Shown here piece after piece: positions 22,103 to 35,000 of a DNA stretch of 64,000 nucleotides. A program made the position numbers and the translations under genes. Source of the DNA: Mobula birostris (Eukaryota); contig NC_092400.1 of the NCBI RefSeq assembly GCF_030028105.1, positions 3,782,001 to 3,846,000 on the forward strand. Reading direction: 5' to 3'. Every line of letters starts with the position of its first letter. Position 1 is the first letter of the stretch. The notes under the pieces were generated by a model. The model saw only the letters and a list, made by a program, of their open reading frames with translations, had not been told where the DNA came from and ran no database searches.

Positions 22103-25100
22103 CCTTTGTGTCATCAGAAAATTTACTGACCCATCCCTCCAATTCTTCATCCAGGACACTTATAAAAATCACGAAGAGTAGGGGTCCCAAAACAGATCCC
22201 TGAGGCACACCACTGCATGCAGAATATGACCCGTCTACAACCACTCTTTGCCTTCTATGAGCAAGCCAGTTCTGGATCCACAAAGCAATGTCCCCTTGGT
22301 TCCCATGCATCCTAACTTTCTCAATTAGTCTTGTCTGGGGTACCTTGTCAAATCCCTTGCTGAAATCCATATACACTGCATCTACTGCTCTACCTTCATC
22401 AACGTGTTTAGTTACATCCTCAAAAAATTCAGTCAGGCTCGTAAGACACAACATGCCTTTGATAAAGCCATGCTGACTATTCCTAATCATATTATGCCCC
22501 TCCAAATGTTCAGAAATCCTGCCTCTCTGGATCTTCTCTATCGACTTACCAACCACTGAAGTGAGACTCACTGTTCTATAATTTCCTGGGCTATCTGTAC
22601 TCCCTTTCTTAAATAATGGAACAACATCTGCAACCCTCCAATCCTCCAGAACCTCTCCCGTCCCCATTGATGATGCAACGATCATCGCCAGAGGCTCAGC
22701 AATCTCCTCCCTCACCTCCCAGAGTATCCTGGGGTATATCTTGTCTGGTCCCAGTGACTTATCCAACTTGATGCTTTCCAAAAGCTCCAGCACATCCTCT
22801 TTCTTAATGTCTCCATGCTCAAGCTTTTCAGTCCACTGTAAGTCATCCCTACAATCACCAAGATCCTTTTCCGCAGTGAATACTGAAGGAAAGTACTCAT
22901 TAAGTACCTCTGCTATCTCCTCCGGTTCCATACACACTTTTCCACTGGGGTTTTCCTTAATCCTGTCCACTAAGGCCTTCTCATGGTACCTTCTGGCTCT
23001 CCTAATTTCATTTTTAAGCTGCTTCCTGCTAGAATTATAATCTTCTAGATCTCTATCATTACCTAGTTTTTTGAACCTTTCGTAAGCTCTTCTTTTCTTC
23101 TTGACTAGATTTACAACAGCCTTTGTACACCACAGTTCTTGTACCCTACCATCCTGCCCCTGACTCATTGGAACGTACTTATGCACAACTCCGTGCAAAT
23201 ATCCCCTGAACATTTGCCACATTTCTTCACTACATTTCCCTGAGAACATCAGTTCCCAATTTCTGCTTCCAAGTTCCTACCTGATGGCCTCATATTTCCC
23301 CTTACTCCAATTAAACACTTTCCCAACTTGTCTGTCCTATCCCTATCCAATGCTATGGCAAAGGAGATAGAATTGTGATCACTATCTCCAAAATGCTCTC
23401 CCACTGAGAGATCTGACACCTGATCAGGTTCATTTCCCAATACCAGATCAAGTACAACCTCTCCTCTTGTAGGCTTATCTACATATTGTGTCAAGAAACC
23501 TTCCTGAATACTCCTAACAAACTCCATCCTATCTAAACCCCTCGCTCTAGGGACATGCCAATTGGTATTTGGGAAATTAAAATCTCCGACCTCGACAACC
23601 CTGTTATTACACCTTTGCAAAATCTGTCTCCCTAGCTGCTCCGCAATGTCCCTGTTACTATTGGGTGGTCTATAAAAAATGCCCAGTAGAGCTATTGACC
23701 TCTTTCTGTTCCTAACTTCCACCACAGAGACTCGTAGACAATTCCTCCATGTCTTCCTCCTTTTCTGCAGCCGGGACACTATCTCTGATCAACAATGCCA
23801 CACCTCTTTTGCCTCCCTCCCTGTTCTTTCTGAAACATCTAAAGCCTGGCACCTGAAATATCCATTCCTGCCCCTGCACCATCCAAGTCTCTGTTACAGC
23901 CGCAACATCATAGTTCCAAGTACTGATCCACACTCTAAACTTATCCGCTTTATTCATAATACTCCTTGCATTAAAATAGACACATCTCAAACCGTCCATC
24001 TGATTGCATCCACTCTCTATCACCTGCCTGTCATCCCTCTCACACTGTCTCCAAGTTTTCTCTATTTGTGAGCCAGCCACCTCTTCCTCCATCTCTTCAG
24101 TTTGGTTTGCACCCCCCAACAATACTAGTTTATCTCCCACCAATAGCCTTAGCAAACCTCCCTGCCAGGATATTGGCCCCCCTGGGATTCAAGTGCAACC
24201 CGTCCTTTTTGTACAGGTCACTCCTGCCCCAAAAGAGGTCCCAATGATCCAGAAATATGAATCCTTGACCCTGATCCAATCCCTCTGCCACACATTTATC
24301 CTCCACCTCACTCTGTTCCTATACTCACTGTCACGTGGCACAGAAAGTAATCCCGAGATTACTAGCTTTGTGGTCCTGCTTCTCAACTCCCTTCCTAACC
24401 CCCTGTAGTCTGCTTTCAGGACCTCCTCCCTTTTCCTGCCTATGTCGTTGGTACCAATATGTACCACGACCTCTGGCTGTTCACCTTCCCACTTCAGGAT
24501 ATCGTGGATGCGATCAGGAATATCTCAGACCCTGGCACCTGGGAGGCAAACTGCTATCTGTGCTTCTTTCCTGCATCCACAGAATCGCCTGTCTGACCCC
24601 CTAACTATAGAGTTCCCTATCACTGCTGCCTTCCTCTTCCTTTCCCTACCCTTCTGAGCCACAGGACCAGACTCTGTGCCAGAGGCACGGCCACTGTTGC
24701 TTCCCCCAGGTAGGCCGTCTCCCCCAGCAGTACTCAAACAGGAGTAGTTATTGTCAAGGAGTACAGCCACTGGGGCTCTCTCTAGCCTCTGACTCCTGCC
24801 CTTCGCTCTCCTGACTGTTACCTACTTGTCTGTCTCCCCAGGCCCTGGTGTGACTAACTGCCTATAGCTCCTCTCTATCACCTCCTCACTCTCCCTGACC
24901 AGACGGAGGTCATCGAGCTACATCTCCAGTTCCCTAACATGGTCCCTAAGGAGCTGCAGCTTGATGCACCTGGCACAGATGTGGCCGTCTGGAAGGCTGG
25001 GAGTCTCCCGGACTTTCCACATCTGACACCTAACACAGAACACCGGGTTCACACACATTCTTCCTGTCTGTATTCTACACAGGCAACCTACATTGCCTTG

Positions 25101-25270
25101 ACCCATTATTGCCAAAGCCCTGTTGAGCCAAAGCCTTCCTACTCTGTCTCCCTCTACTCTGTCACATGCTATGTAAAGCTCTCTCCTTTTAAACTCTTCT
25201 CAGTGTTCTCTCTGGCTGATGTCCACGCGCCTACACAGTCATTCCCTGATCAAACTGCTGAAGAAATGAG
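22103..25270 (-). mobile_element. CR1 LINE with intact 5' end, 3'-truncated within RT
   Basis: ORF1 zinc finger (FCVRCQMW...HICARC) and SGNH esterase (VIGNSIVRG...CLPGARV...HIGTNDIG); ORF2 APE (YRPPNS, VGDFNFP, GDSDHN) and RT ending at KFSDDTK. Many frameshifts. Confidence 0.88.
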
Positions 25271-25289
25271 CCTTGAGTACCTGCTGTCT

Positions 25290-25445
25290 ATTTTTCTCTT
25301 TTCTCTCATCTCTCTATCTGTATCTCTCTCCCTCACCCTTTCCTTCCCTTCTCTCTATTTCTCTTCATCTCTCTCCCACTCTCTCTCTCACTCCTTCCCT
25401 CTTTCTCTCCATCTCTCTCTTTCTCTATCTCTCTCTTTCCCTTTA
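25290..25445. repeat. CT-rich low-complexity tract
   Basis: Direct reading. Inverted paralogue at ~42095-42280. Confidence 0.8.
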
Positions 25446-25859
25446 TCTCGATTGCACAGCAGTCAGAAGCTAAAACAGGAGTGAATCTTTGCACATGCTC
25501 TCGAAGTCACCTGCTTCTGTTCTCTTCCATGAAAGTACCAGGTGACAGGCATCAGATGCTTCACTACCAGAATCAGGTTTAATATCACCGGCCTATGTCG
25601 TGAAATTTGTTGACTTTACAATGCAACACCTGATAATTGCTTAATGGGAATTTGGGAATGGTGCACTGACTTCAGAACAGGGCACTCTGCCTGGAATTTG
25701 GAAAGATGTTGATGTTTGACCTACTCCAATGGGGCAGACACCAGACTCATTGCGTTAAACAGCCTGACCACTTCCAGTTGTCCCCATTTGCTGAGGGACA
25801 TCTAAGGTCCCCTTTAACACTTTCCCTCTTGTCTTAATTCTATGCCCGCTAGTTTGAGA

Positions 25860-26217
25860 GAAGGCAGCATCCATCATTGAGAATCCCCACCACCCAGGAC
25901 ATGCCCTCTTCACGCTGTTACTGTCGGGGAGGAGATACAGAAGCCTGAAGGCACACACTCAGCGATTCAGGAACAGCTTCTTCCCCTCTGCCACCCGATT
26001 CCTCAATGGACATTGAACCCATGAACACTACCTCACTACTTTGTTATTTCTGTTACAGTATTTTGTACTACTTGTTTTACCTTCACTATTTAACAGACAT
26101 ATAGATACCAAATGCCACTCAGGTTAATTCTCTATATTTATTTACCATGTATGGCATTGTACTGCTGACGTAAAGTTATGACATATGCCGGTGATGTTAA
26201 CCTGATTCTGATTCTGA
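25860..26217 (+). mobile_element. Rex1/Babar-like 3' fragment with (GATTCT)n tail
   Basis: Encodes [33 protein letters not shown]. Inverted paralogue at ~41315-41672. Confidence 0.65.
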
Positions 26218-26300
26218 CCCTGCAGTACAACCTCATTAATGTGATCACCGCCGTCTTACTTCTGGTTCAGTGTTGGAAATTCATTTGATGCTCTACTTGT

Positions 26301-27038
26301 TTATAAGCACATGGGTGGTGGGTGGTGGGGAGTGGGGAGGGGTGGTAATGGAATAGGTGAAGGTTTTGTCTGAGTTGTGCCTGTGGGATGGAAACACTCC
26401 AGGAGAAGTCCCAGCCTGTGCTTCCCGTCCTTTGACTGGTTTTCCTCGTTGTGGTACATGTGGTGTGATACAAGAGTGAGACGCCAGGCATGTTTCAATG
26501 CTCTCAAATCAGGTTTAATTGATTATAGAAGATACCTGCCCATCACCTTCATATTATGAGTGCCACCAGCAACGTCATTGCAAACAATCTCCGAGTATAA
26601 TCACAACTGGATTTCCAAGTGCAGCTTCCAATCGTTATTGTGTTTAGACGCCCTGTAAGGAACCAACTGAGCATCTGTTGTGGGCCATCGCAAAGTTTTC
26701 ATCACCTTGATGTGAACAGATTTTTCCTCAGGTTCCACAGCTGAGGCTTTAAGGAAAGCCTGGGCTGAGGGAATGATTATCATCCCATTTCAATTTATTC
26801 CTGGTTGTTCAATTGGATTCCCACGTGCTGCAGCATTGATATTTTAGTGAAAATATCGGCAAAATGGACATGATACTTTCAGATTTTGGTTTATAAAGTA
26901 ACCAGTATGTGCTTTCATTGGGAGAAAGATTAAAGTGATGAAGAGCTTTATCTTTCTGAGTGGCACAAATAATGTAAGACAGGATAGGGAGTGTTGGATT
27001 TCAATCAGATTATTGATTATAGTAACATAGTTAATATG
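26301..27038 (-). pseudogene. Orphan PLA2 3' UTR/3' flank without exon 4
   Basis: Direct copy of ~2141-2852 and inverted copy of ~40494-41231. It stops ~113 nt short of where the stop codon should be and joins a CR1 fragment. Confidence 0.8.
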
Positions 27039-27370
27039 AATAAATAGATATGGCAAAGGGATTCTAGGGCAAGAGGGCACGACTTCAGGATTGAAGGACG
27101 TCCTTTTAGAACTGAAATGCGGAGAAATTACTTTAGTCAGAGGGTGATAAATCTGTGGAATTTGTTGCCACACGTGGCTGTGGAGCCCACATCACTGGGT
27201 GTATTTAAGGCAGAGATAGATAGGTTCTTGATTACCCAGGGCATCAAAGGGTATGGGGTGAAGGCAGGGGAATGGGGATGGCTGGATGAAGTGGATCAGT
27301 CCATGATTGAATGGTGGAGCAGACTCGATGGGCCAAATGGCCTACTTCTGCTCCTGTATCTGATGGTCTC
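27039..27370 (+). mobile_element. CR1 3' end fragment
   Basis: Encodes MRRNYFSQRVINLWNLLP. Inverted copy of ~55000-55330. Confidence 0.75.
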
Positions 27371-27579
27371 TCTCTCTCTAACCTGCAAAATGAAATACAG
27401 GGCTGTGATCAGCTGTTCTCTCTTTGCTGGGTCCATATTAGTTTGTTAGGATTTGCAGCCACAAGTGTGAGGTTAGGGCCCAAGCACAGAGAGAGCGACT
27501 CCGAGGCAGATGAACAGATCACTAGTTTTTAGTGAGGACTGTGCAGGATAAAGGACAAATGCGAGGCCAACAGGCCCGT

Positions 27580-28099
27580 CAGAGAGTGAGAGGCAGTGAG
27601 AGAGAGTGAGAGAGAGAGTGTGAAAGACAGAGAGAGAGTGTAAGAGAGTGAGTGACAGAGAGGGANNNNNNNNNNNNNNNNNNNNNNNNNNNNNNNNNNN
27701 NNNNNNNNNNNNNNNNNNNNNNNNNNNNNNNNNNNNNNNNNNNNNNNNNNNNNNNNNNNNNNNNNNNNNNNNNNNNNNNNNNNNNNNNNNNNNNNNNNNN
27801 NNNNNNNNNNNNNNNNNNNNNNNNNNNNNNNNNNNNNNNNNAAGAATGAGACAGAGAGAGAGAGTGAGAGAGAGTGAGAGAGAGTGTGTGAGAGAGAGAG
27901 TGAGAGAGCGAGAGAGAGAGAGTGAGAGAGTGAGAGACAGAGAGTNNNNNNNNNNNNNNNNNNNNNNNNNNNNNNNNNNNNNNNNNNNNNNNNNNNNNNN
28001 NNNNNNNNNNNNNNNNNNNNNNNNNNNNNNNNNNNNNNNNNNNNNNNNNNNNNNNNNNNNNNNNNNNNNNNNNNNNNNNNNNNNNNNNNNNNNNNNNNN
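27580..28099. repeat. (GA)n-rich tract with N runs
   Basis: GA repeats flank and separate the N blocks 27666-27841 and 27945-28099. Confidence 0.75.
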
Positions 28100-31000
28100 G
28101 CAGATGAGGCTGAGTTTCAAAAATGTTCCTTGAAGCTTGGGAGCTTTTGAGGTCCTGTGATTCAGAGAGAGTGAGAATGACGGTTCGATAGAGACCAGAT
28201 AATTACAGAGATGAAGAGCAAGATAGGGATTTTGAACTCACTGCATGTTTGATGAAATAGACTGTAGTCTATTCTTTTTTTAATCTGTAGTTGTTTTTTT
28301 AACTGTAGTTTTTTTAATCTTACACGAAGTAGCTTTGCTCGTGATGAGCTAAAGTTTGGAGGTGTTTTACCTCTCCTTTAACTATGATATTCCAATCCCT
28401 TTTTAGTTATCTGAACTATAGTTGGTGAAAACAAAACATGAACTGGGTCATGTACAATTCAGGAAGATATAATAAAACTCATATGGATTTGGAATATTGG
28501 CTCAAGGCTTTACAAATAGACAATACTGTTTTGGTAATTTTGCCAAATAGTTTGGGACAATTAGGAGGAATCATAAATGCTGTTTTCCTCAATAAGAATG
28601 GGGTTATTTTCTGTTTCTGACAAGCTGAACCAAACATAAATAGTCAATACTCCTGTTCAAACTGCTTTTCTGGAGCAAGAGTTCACTGGGAAAACTACTA
28701 CTTATTTTAACTTAGTTACAGTAAGGAGCAGTCTTTGTCTCGTACAATGCGAATGCACAGATCTAGTGATCACTTCTTACACATGACATGCAAATAAGCA
28801 ATAAAACTGCTAAGAGCTGGAACACTAACTAAAAATGTAATTCAAATTGCTGAGTTTGTCAGATAACAATAATCTGCAGCCTGAGAATAAAGGATTATAA
28901 TGGAATAAAAAGGTAAATGTGGGGGCTGTGAATGAGTTGCCAGACACCGTTGGTTGGCAGATTTGAAGTTCAGCTGTCTGTCCCTGCTCCCAAGTAGAAA
29001 CTTTGAACCTCACCCAAACAGGGTCAAACATACAGTGGTAGGTTGGGGTAGGGAAAGGGAACGTTCTGAGGTTTGGAAGCCCAAAGCTGCATCATAGAAT
29101 GTAAACTGCAGGGAGTGAAGAGCCACATTTCCTTTTGTGTATTGCAGATGAAGTAATTCTGTGAGTATTGAGGAGAAGTGACAGGGAAGAATGGAGAGGA
29201 AGGTGACACAACCACAGTCATTAATTTACCAAATTCCATGGTGGAACATCCAGTCCATCAGGACTCAGAGTGTCAGTCTACAGTGATCCAGATCAGAAAC
29301 ATTGAATAGGCTCCAGAGCATCAGTCAGCTCTCCCATCCAGGATGGGCAAGTTGATTCCGATCACGTAGATGGACTGCTTCAAGTATCAGCAGAGTTGTG
29401 TCTCACATGAGAATATTTCTCCTGTTGTTCCTTGTGCCACCTTGGTCAACATAATGTCTTCACTTCCCTGGTCTTCTCCTGGCCTGGTCTGCCCTGATCC
29501 TTCAGGCTGTATTCCCCATTCGTCATCGGCAGTGGAGAATCAGAGGGACGAAGTGAACATTCATCATTAGTGGATGGTCTGGTGCCCCAACACTGCGTGT
29601 GGGACTGGGAAAAGGTTGAATCATGTGGCTACACTCTCTATAGTTCCTGATGGGACTGCACTGGGTTAGCAATGACACAGATGTTGTTATTTGGTTTCCA
29701 CTCCGGCCATCTTGTCTACCAGGGAGTAAACTGTGCTCATTTAGGCAAATCCAGTTTCCTTACCACAGCCGTCTTCAGTGACGACAGGAGAAACAACTCT
29801 CTCTCGGGGTTCTCACAGTCAGCAATGAATTGCTCTTCTTTGGTGCAACTCTATTATGTTTTGTTTCCAGTGCTCCTTCGCAGTTCTTGAATCAGAATCA
29901 GGTTTATTATCACGGACGTACGTCGTACAGTATATATGTCAGATGTCATGGTCAACCTCTCAAAACACCAAAACACTTCATCACAGTGGATGTGAGTGAA
30001 GGACTTGATGAAGTCCCTCATTTATTCTATTGTGGTTGTTGGATTTTCTGAGTATGCCCACAAGAAAATGAATCTCCGGCTTGTATATAGTGTGTATATA
30101 TATATATACTTTGAACTTTGAAATTTAATAGCTACGTACAAGACTTAAGATCTTGGCTTAAGTTTCGGACAATAAAATGGGTATACCCGATATCATCACA
30201 TTCACTCCTGACATAGTTTCAGTTCTGCCTCCCCATGTCCTAGGGTGTGGAGTGTGTGTGGTCACACATTTGGATGCTTAATGCTCTGTTAAACTGATGT
30301 GAAGATTGGTGCCCTGTGGGTCTCTTTATGCCCCAACAGGGCTGTCAAACTGCTCCTTTGTGATACCCTCCCTCAATTTGACAATAAAGTTGCAAGGGTC
30401 AAGTTTTGATCAGTCAGTTTCGGGCACGTGCTGAGATGAGGGCAATTTAGGTTTCAGTGGGTGATATTTGTTGGACCTGTCCCCCAAACACTCTCTGGAA
30501 AGTGGAGCTGGAGGAAGGAGGGTGGGAGGGGTTCTTTTATTGATGGGGTTACCACCATGGTCACCAATCCCCAGGAAGAGCACCTCCTCCCTCTCCATCC
30601 CTCCATGACTCTTCCCGTTCACACCTGAAAGTTGCTTAACCTTTAGGTCACAGAAAATGAGGCTCCATCATCATTACAGCTGCCATTCAGTGACAATATT
30701 CCTCTTACACGTTTGACCCCAATTGGTCGAGGTTCACATTGTGCTCAGGAGTTCGGGTGAAGCAGGAAATATAGCTTATGACCTGTTCAGCCCAATACCT
30801 CAAACACCAACCCAACACCCCGACAATTCCCACCTTCACCTTCATTTCATCCCATTGTAAATCAACATTTTCTCACAAGTCAGCCAGAAAACCCAGTGCT
30901 TCAACTTTGGTTGTTTCAGAACAAATTCTGATTCTTATTGGTCAGAACTATTCATTTATGTTCGGTGAGATAAAGCTGAGCAGGTGTGTGCATTTGCATG

Positions 31001-31816
31001 GAATGAGATCCTAGATCTTCTTCAGCAGAATGAGGGATTTGCATTTTATTAATATCCAGTATGTATGGTGAACTGTTTATATGGAGCTGTGCGTGACTGG
31101 AATGGAATTTTGATCAATTCCTCTGAATTGATTAGTATAGATAATTTACTAATAAAAAAATTGTGTTCTTATTATTGAGGGAGAAGGTCAAAAGCCAAGC
31201 AGGTGCTTTACACCAGGAATCAGTCTACATGATGGAAGACTGTTAAAAGCTTAATTTTTCAGTGAATTGAAACAAGGTCGTCAAAGAAAAAGAAGAATGC
31301 AAAATGGCTGGGGCTCAGACACATATCTTAACGTCTGAAATCTGTAGGAATGCTGGAAGTTATTAATCCTGCAGACACATCCGGACACCCGAAATCAAAC
31401 AAAACTCAATGGTCTTCATGTTTTGTCATTTTCCAATCTCTGGTTCTGAAACCTCTCATGCAACTCGCAGGGCAAGTCTCACAGTGACTCGTCTCATTTT
31501 CAGAGATATCACCACATCCTCGCCATATTGTGATACCAATTATCGAGAGTTCGTGCCGTGACAATTCCCCCCATCACCCCGTCTCGTTCTGTATTCAGAG
31601 TCTATGTTTCAATCAGTGAGACCCATCATGAGCGCACCTGACGTAGTTACACTNNNNNNNNNNNNNNNNNNNNNNNNNNNNNNNNNNNNNNNNNNNNNNN
31701 NNNNNNNNNNNNNNNNNNNNNNNNNNNNNNNNNNNNNNNNNNNNNNNNNNNNNNNNNNNNNNNNNNNNNNNNNNNNNNNNNNNNNNNNNNNNNNNNNNNN
31801 NNNNNNNNNNNNNNNN

Positions 31817-31918
31817 CAGGATTGGCTCCGTCTCTCCAGCTCAGTCAAATAGAGACCAGCTGTATCAACATGAGAGTTTGTCTTTATCTTATCCATGTTA
31901 TCAGCTCCCAATATATAA
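31817..31918 (+). promoter_or_regulatory. Proximal promoter of copy 2
   Basis: ATTGG (inverted CCAAT) at 31821, CAGCTG at 31857-31862, three TTATC motifs, TATATAA at 31912-31918. Confidence 0.7.
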
Positions 31919-31973
31919 TCCAGGGACTGAACCTCACAAGTGTGATTTCCAGGACAGGGAAGAGCAACCAACA

Positions 31974-32007
31974 ATGTTGGGCGTGTTTGTCCTGCTTCTG
32001 CTCTCAG
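31974..32007 (+). CDS. PLA2G1B: sPLA2 copy 2 exon 1 coding part
   Basis: [11 protein letters not shown] followed by G|GTAAGG. Confidence 0.9.
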
Positions 32008-35000
32008 GTAAGGAGACTCTCCTCGAGTGAGCCTTACTTTGATGTTGGTTGCTTCATGTTCTAACCTGTTTGTGTGTCTGTCTGTTCCTCTCTCTCCTGA
32101 TGTAGCTGGTGCTGGGAGCACTTCCATTGAGTCCAGGAATCTTTATCAGTTCAATAAAATGATTAAATGTACCAACCCAGGCGTCATCCCACGACTAAGA
32201 TTCAATAACTACGGCTGTTACTGTGGATATGGTGGATCTGGGACACCAGTGGATGACCTTGACCGGTAGGTGGACAGACGATCTCTACAGAGCCAGTTAC
32301 CGTCCGTTGGAGTCCAGGGACAGGGAAATCTTCTCATTCATTGTCAGAGGCAGCAGGATTGCATCTTCACTGAAGTCCCAGTGATGGAACAGAGGGTAGT
32401 GCTGGGTTTGCAGTGCCACCGGTCTGTACAGGAGTTCAGGACTGTGTAGTGGAACACAGCAAGGACAGAGCAGCTGCTCCCAGGGAGGATTCTGTCCTTC
32501 TGGAGGATTCAACAGGGGGTTCGATCATGGCAGCACAAGAGAGAACCATGACACAGTAGCTACGTTAGTAACGGAGCGAGGAAGGGAAGGAGAGAGGGCA
32601 ACCAGCTGGTCGATCAGTCTGTTGCTTGTTGTTGGGTGTTGAACACACACAATCCATAGAAAAAGGGAAAAACTAAACATTGGTCACCTTCTCAGGTCTA
32701 TTGTGGTCATGTCACTTGGAGGAATTCTTTTCCACATTCCTGCCTGAGTCCTCACAGATCCTGATTCTACATCCCACTGTGAAGTTCCTCCCCAACTCCC
32801 TGGTACGATATGAGCCTGCTCAGTTACCCTCAGCTCAGATCACCTCCTGACTCTTAGCTCTACATGGGAAGTGTGTGACACTGGAGGCTGATGTAACAGT
32901 GTTCTGTTAACTCTAGTCCATGAGTTTTCTACTAAACGTTATCTGTGATTTTACAGGTGCTGCCAGACCCATGACAACTGTTATGGTGATGCTGAGGAAA
33001 AAGAGAAGTGCACATTTCTCTATTCACCCAAAATAATATATTACAAGTACAGCTGCTCAAGCGGGAAAATCGAATGTGATAGTGAGTATCATCGGAGAGT
33101 GTCTCATTGCCTTATGTATATCCTTGTTTCCATGGTCAGCAACTTTGGTCCATCCCTCATCGCCTTTGTGAAGGTGCTGGTGAGCTGCCATCTTGAACTA
33201 CTGGAGTTGCCCTGGTGATGGTTCTCCCACAATGCTCTTGTGCTGAAGCTCCAGCATTCAGACCCAGTGATGATGGAGGAACAGGTTATGTTCCATGTCT
33301 GGATGGTGTGAGACTTGCAGGGACCTGTATGTGATGCTGATCTCTGTCTCTCTAGATGGTAAAGGCTATTGGTCTGGGAGATTTAGCTGAGATACACTGG
33401 CTGCTGAATTATACAATAGCACAGAATGCTGATAGTGGATATTGCTAGAGATCATTTCATTTGGTTTATTATTGTCGCAGGTAACAGGCCACAGTGAAAA
33501 GCTTTGTTTTTCCTGCCATCCATACAGACAGAGTTGCAATGAAATCAGTTCCTTTGTCACTAGTAATGACGAGCTCCTTCTGTGTTTGGGAGCTGCACTC
33601 ACCCAGGTACTGGGGCGATATCCCACTCCTGGCTGATGGTGGAAAGGCTTCAGGCAGTAAGACATCAATCACTTCTTATGGGATGTTTAAGTTCTGACCT
33701 GCTCTTGGAACTACTCGTTAACGCATCTTGGTGAATTATATGTGAGGGTCACCAGTGAACCCCAGTGCAAAATCACAGAGACTCTGGCAATTCAAACACA
33801 ACAACAGATTTAAGACAGAAAGTAAGCAAGAAAACTAACAAGAACTCAGGCAAGCTATGCAGAATCCTGACAAACAGAAATCACTCAGATTCACAGAAGA
33901 ACTCGGACAGAGTTTCACCAGACAAGGGCCCACAATGACTGAGCAAAGAGGGGCTGGACAGTTCCCCTGACATACACCCTGGAGCACATAGGAATTCAGA
34001 ACAGCCCGGGAGCCCAGGCAAAACATTAACCCCCAAGTCAACGACTACACTGAAAGACAGAGAAAATCCTGTGCTGACTCAGTTACCCAAATTGAATAAA
34101 AATGATAAATGCAAGGAGAGCGTCTGATCCCAAACGAGACACCTGCAATACAAAGTGAGTGAGTTCTAAGAAAAATAATTAGAATCTGAATCGGAATCAG
34201 GTTTAATATCACCAGCACATGTTGTGGAATTTGTTAACTTTACAGCAGCAGTACAATGAAATACACGATAAATAAATATACAGAAAAAATATGAGTAACA
34301 TTAAGTATATATGTCTAATAAACTCTTCTTGGACTTCTAGCCAAGTACAGGTATCAATTATATCTGACGTCATCAAAACATCAGTGATAATCAATACCGA
34401 TACCCAGCTGGAAGCCCAAGAAGAGTTTATTCATCATATATGCCGGGAAAGCACGAGGTGCTTTTCTTTTATACACATGTCTATTAAATAATTGAGGTAA
34501 AACACGTAGTGCAAAATAACAGAAATAAAGAAGTAGTGAGGTGGTGTTCACGGGTTCAATGTCCATTTAGAAATTGGATGGCAGAGGGGAAGAAACTGTT
34601 CCTGAATTGCTGAGTGTGTGTCTTCAGGCTTCTGTAGCTCCTCCGTGATGGTAACAATGAGGAGAGGGCATGTCCTGGGTGATGGGGTCCTTAATAATGG
34701 ATGCCACCTTCCTGGGGCATCGCTCTTGAAGATGTCTTGGATACTACAGAGGCTGGTACGCATGACGGAGCTGATTAATTCTACAGGTTTCTGCAACTTA
34801 ATTCGATCTTGTGCAGTAGCCCCCTCCCACATACCAGACGGTGATGCAGACAGTCAGAACACTTGGACAAATGTTTGAGTGTTTTAGTTGACAAACCAAA
34901 TTTTCTCAAACTCCGAATGAAATATAGCTGCTGTCTTGCCTTCTGTGGTTAAGAAAGCATACTGTGCATTGGCCTTCATCAATCATGGGATTGAGTTTAG

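Noticed and set aside
21743-22159. ORFs running through N blocks (also ~27.5-28.1, 31.6-32.1 and 44.8-45.1 kb)
   Set aside because: They are open only because Ns contain no stops. The Ns coincide with CA/GA microsatellite positions.
32027-32269. ORF-track PLA2 fragments (72-80 aa) read as truncated single-exon genes or pseudogenes
   Set aside because: The starts are intronic and the TAG is part of the GTAGGT splice donor. The exons splice in frame.
34317-34460. Possible Penelope-associated hammerhead ribozyme
   Set aside because: I could not find an intact CTGANGA...GAAA core with its stems; only the inverted arms remain.
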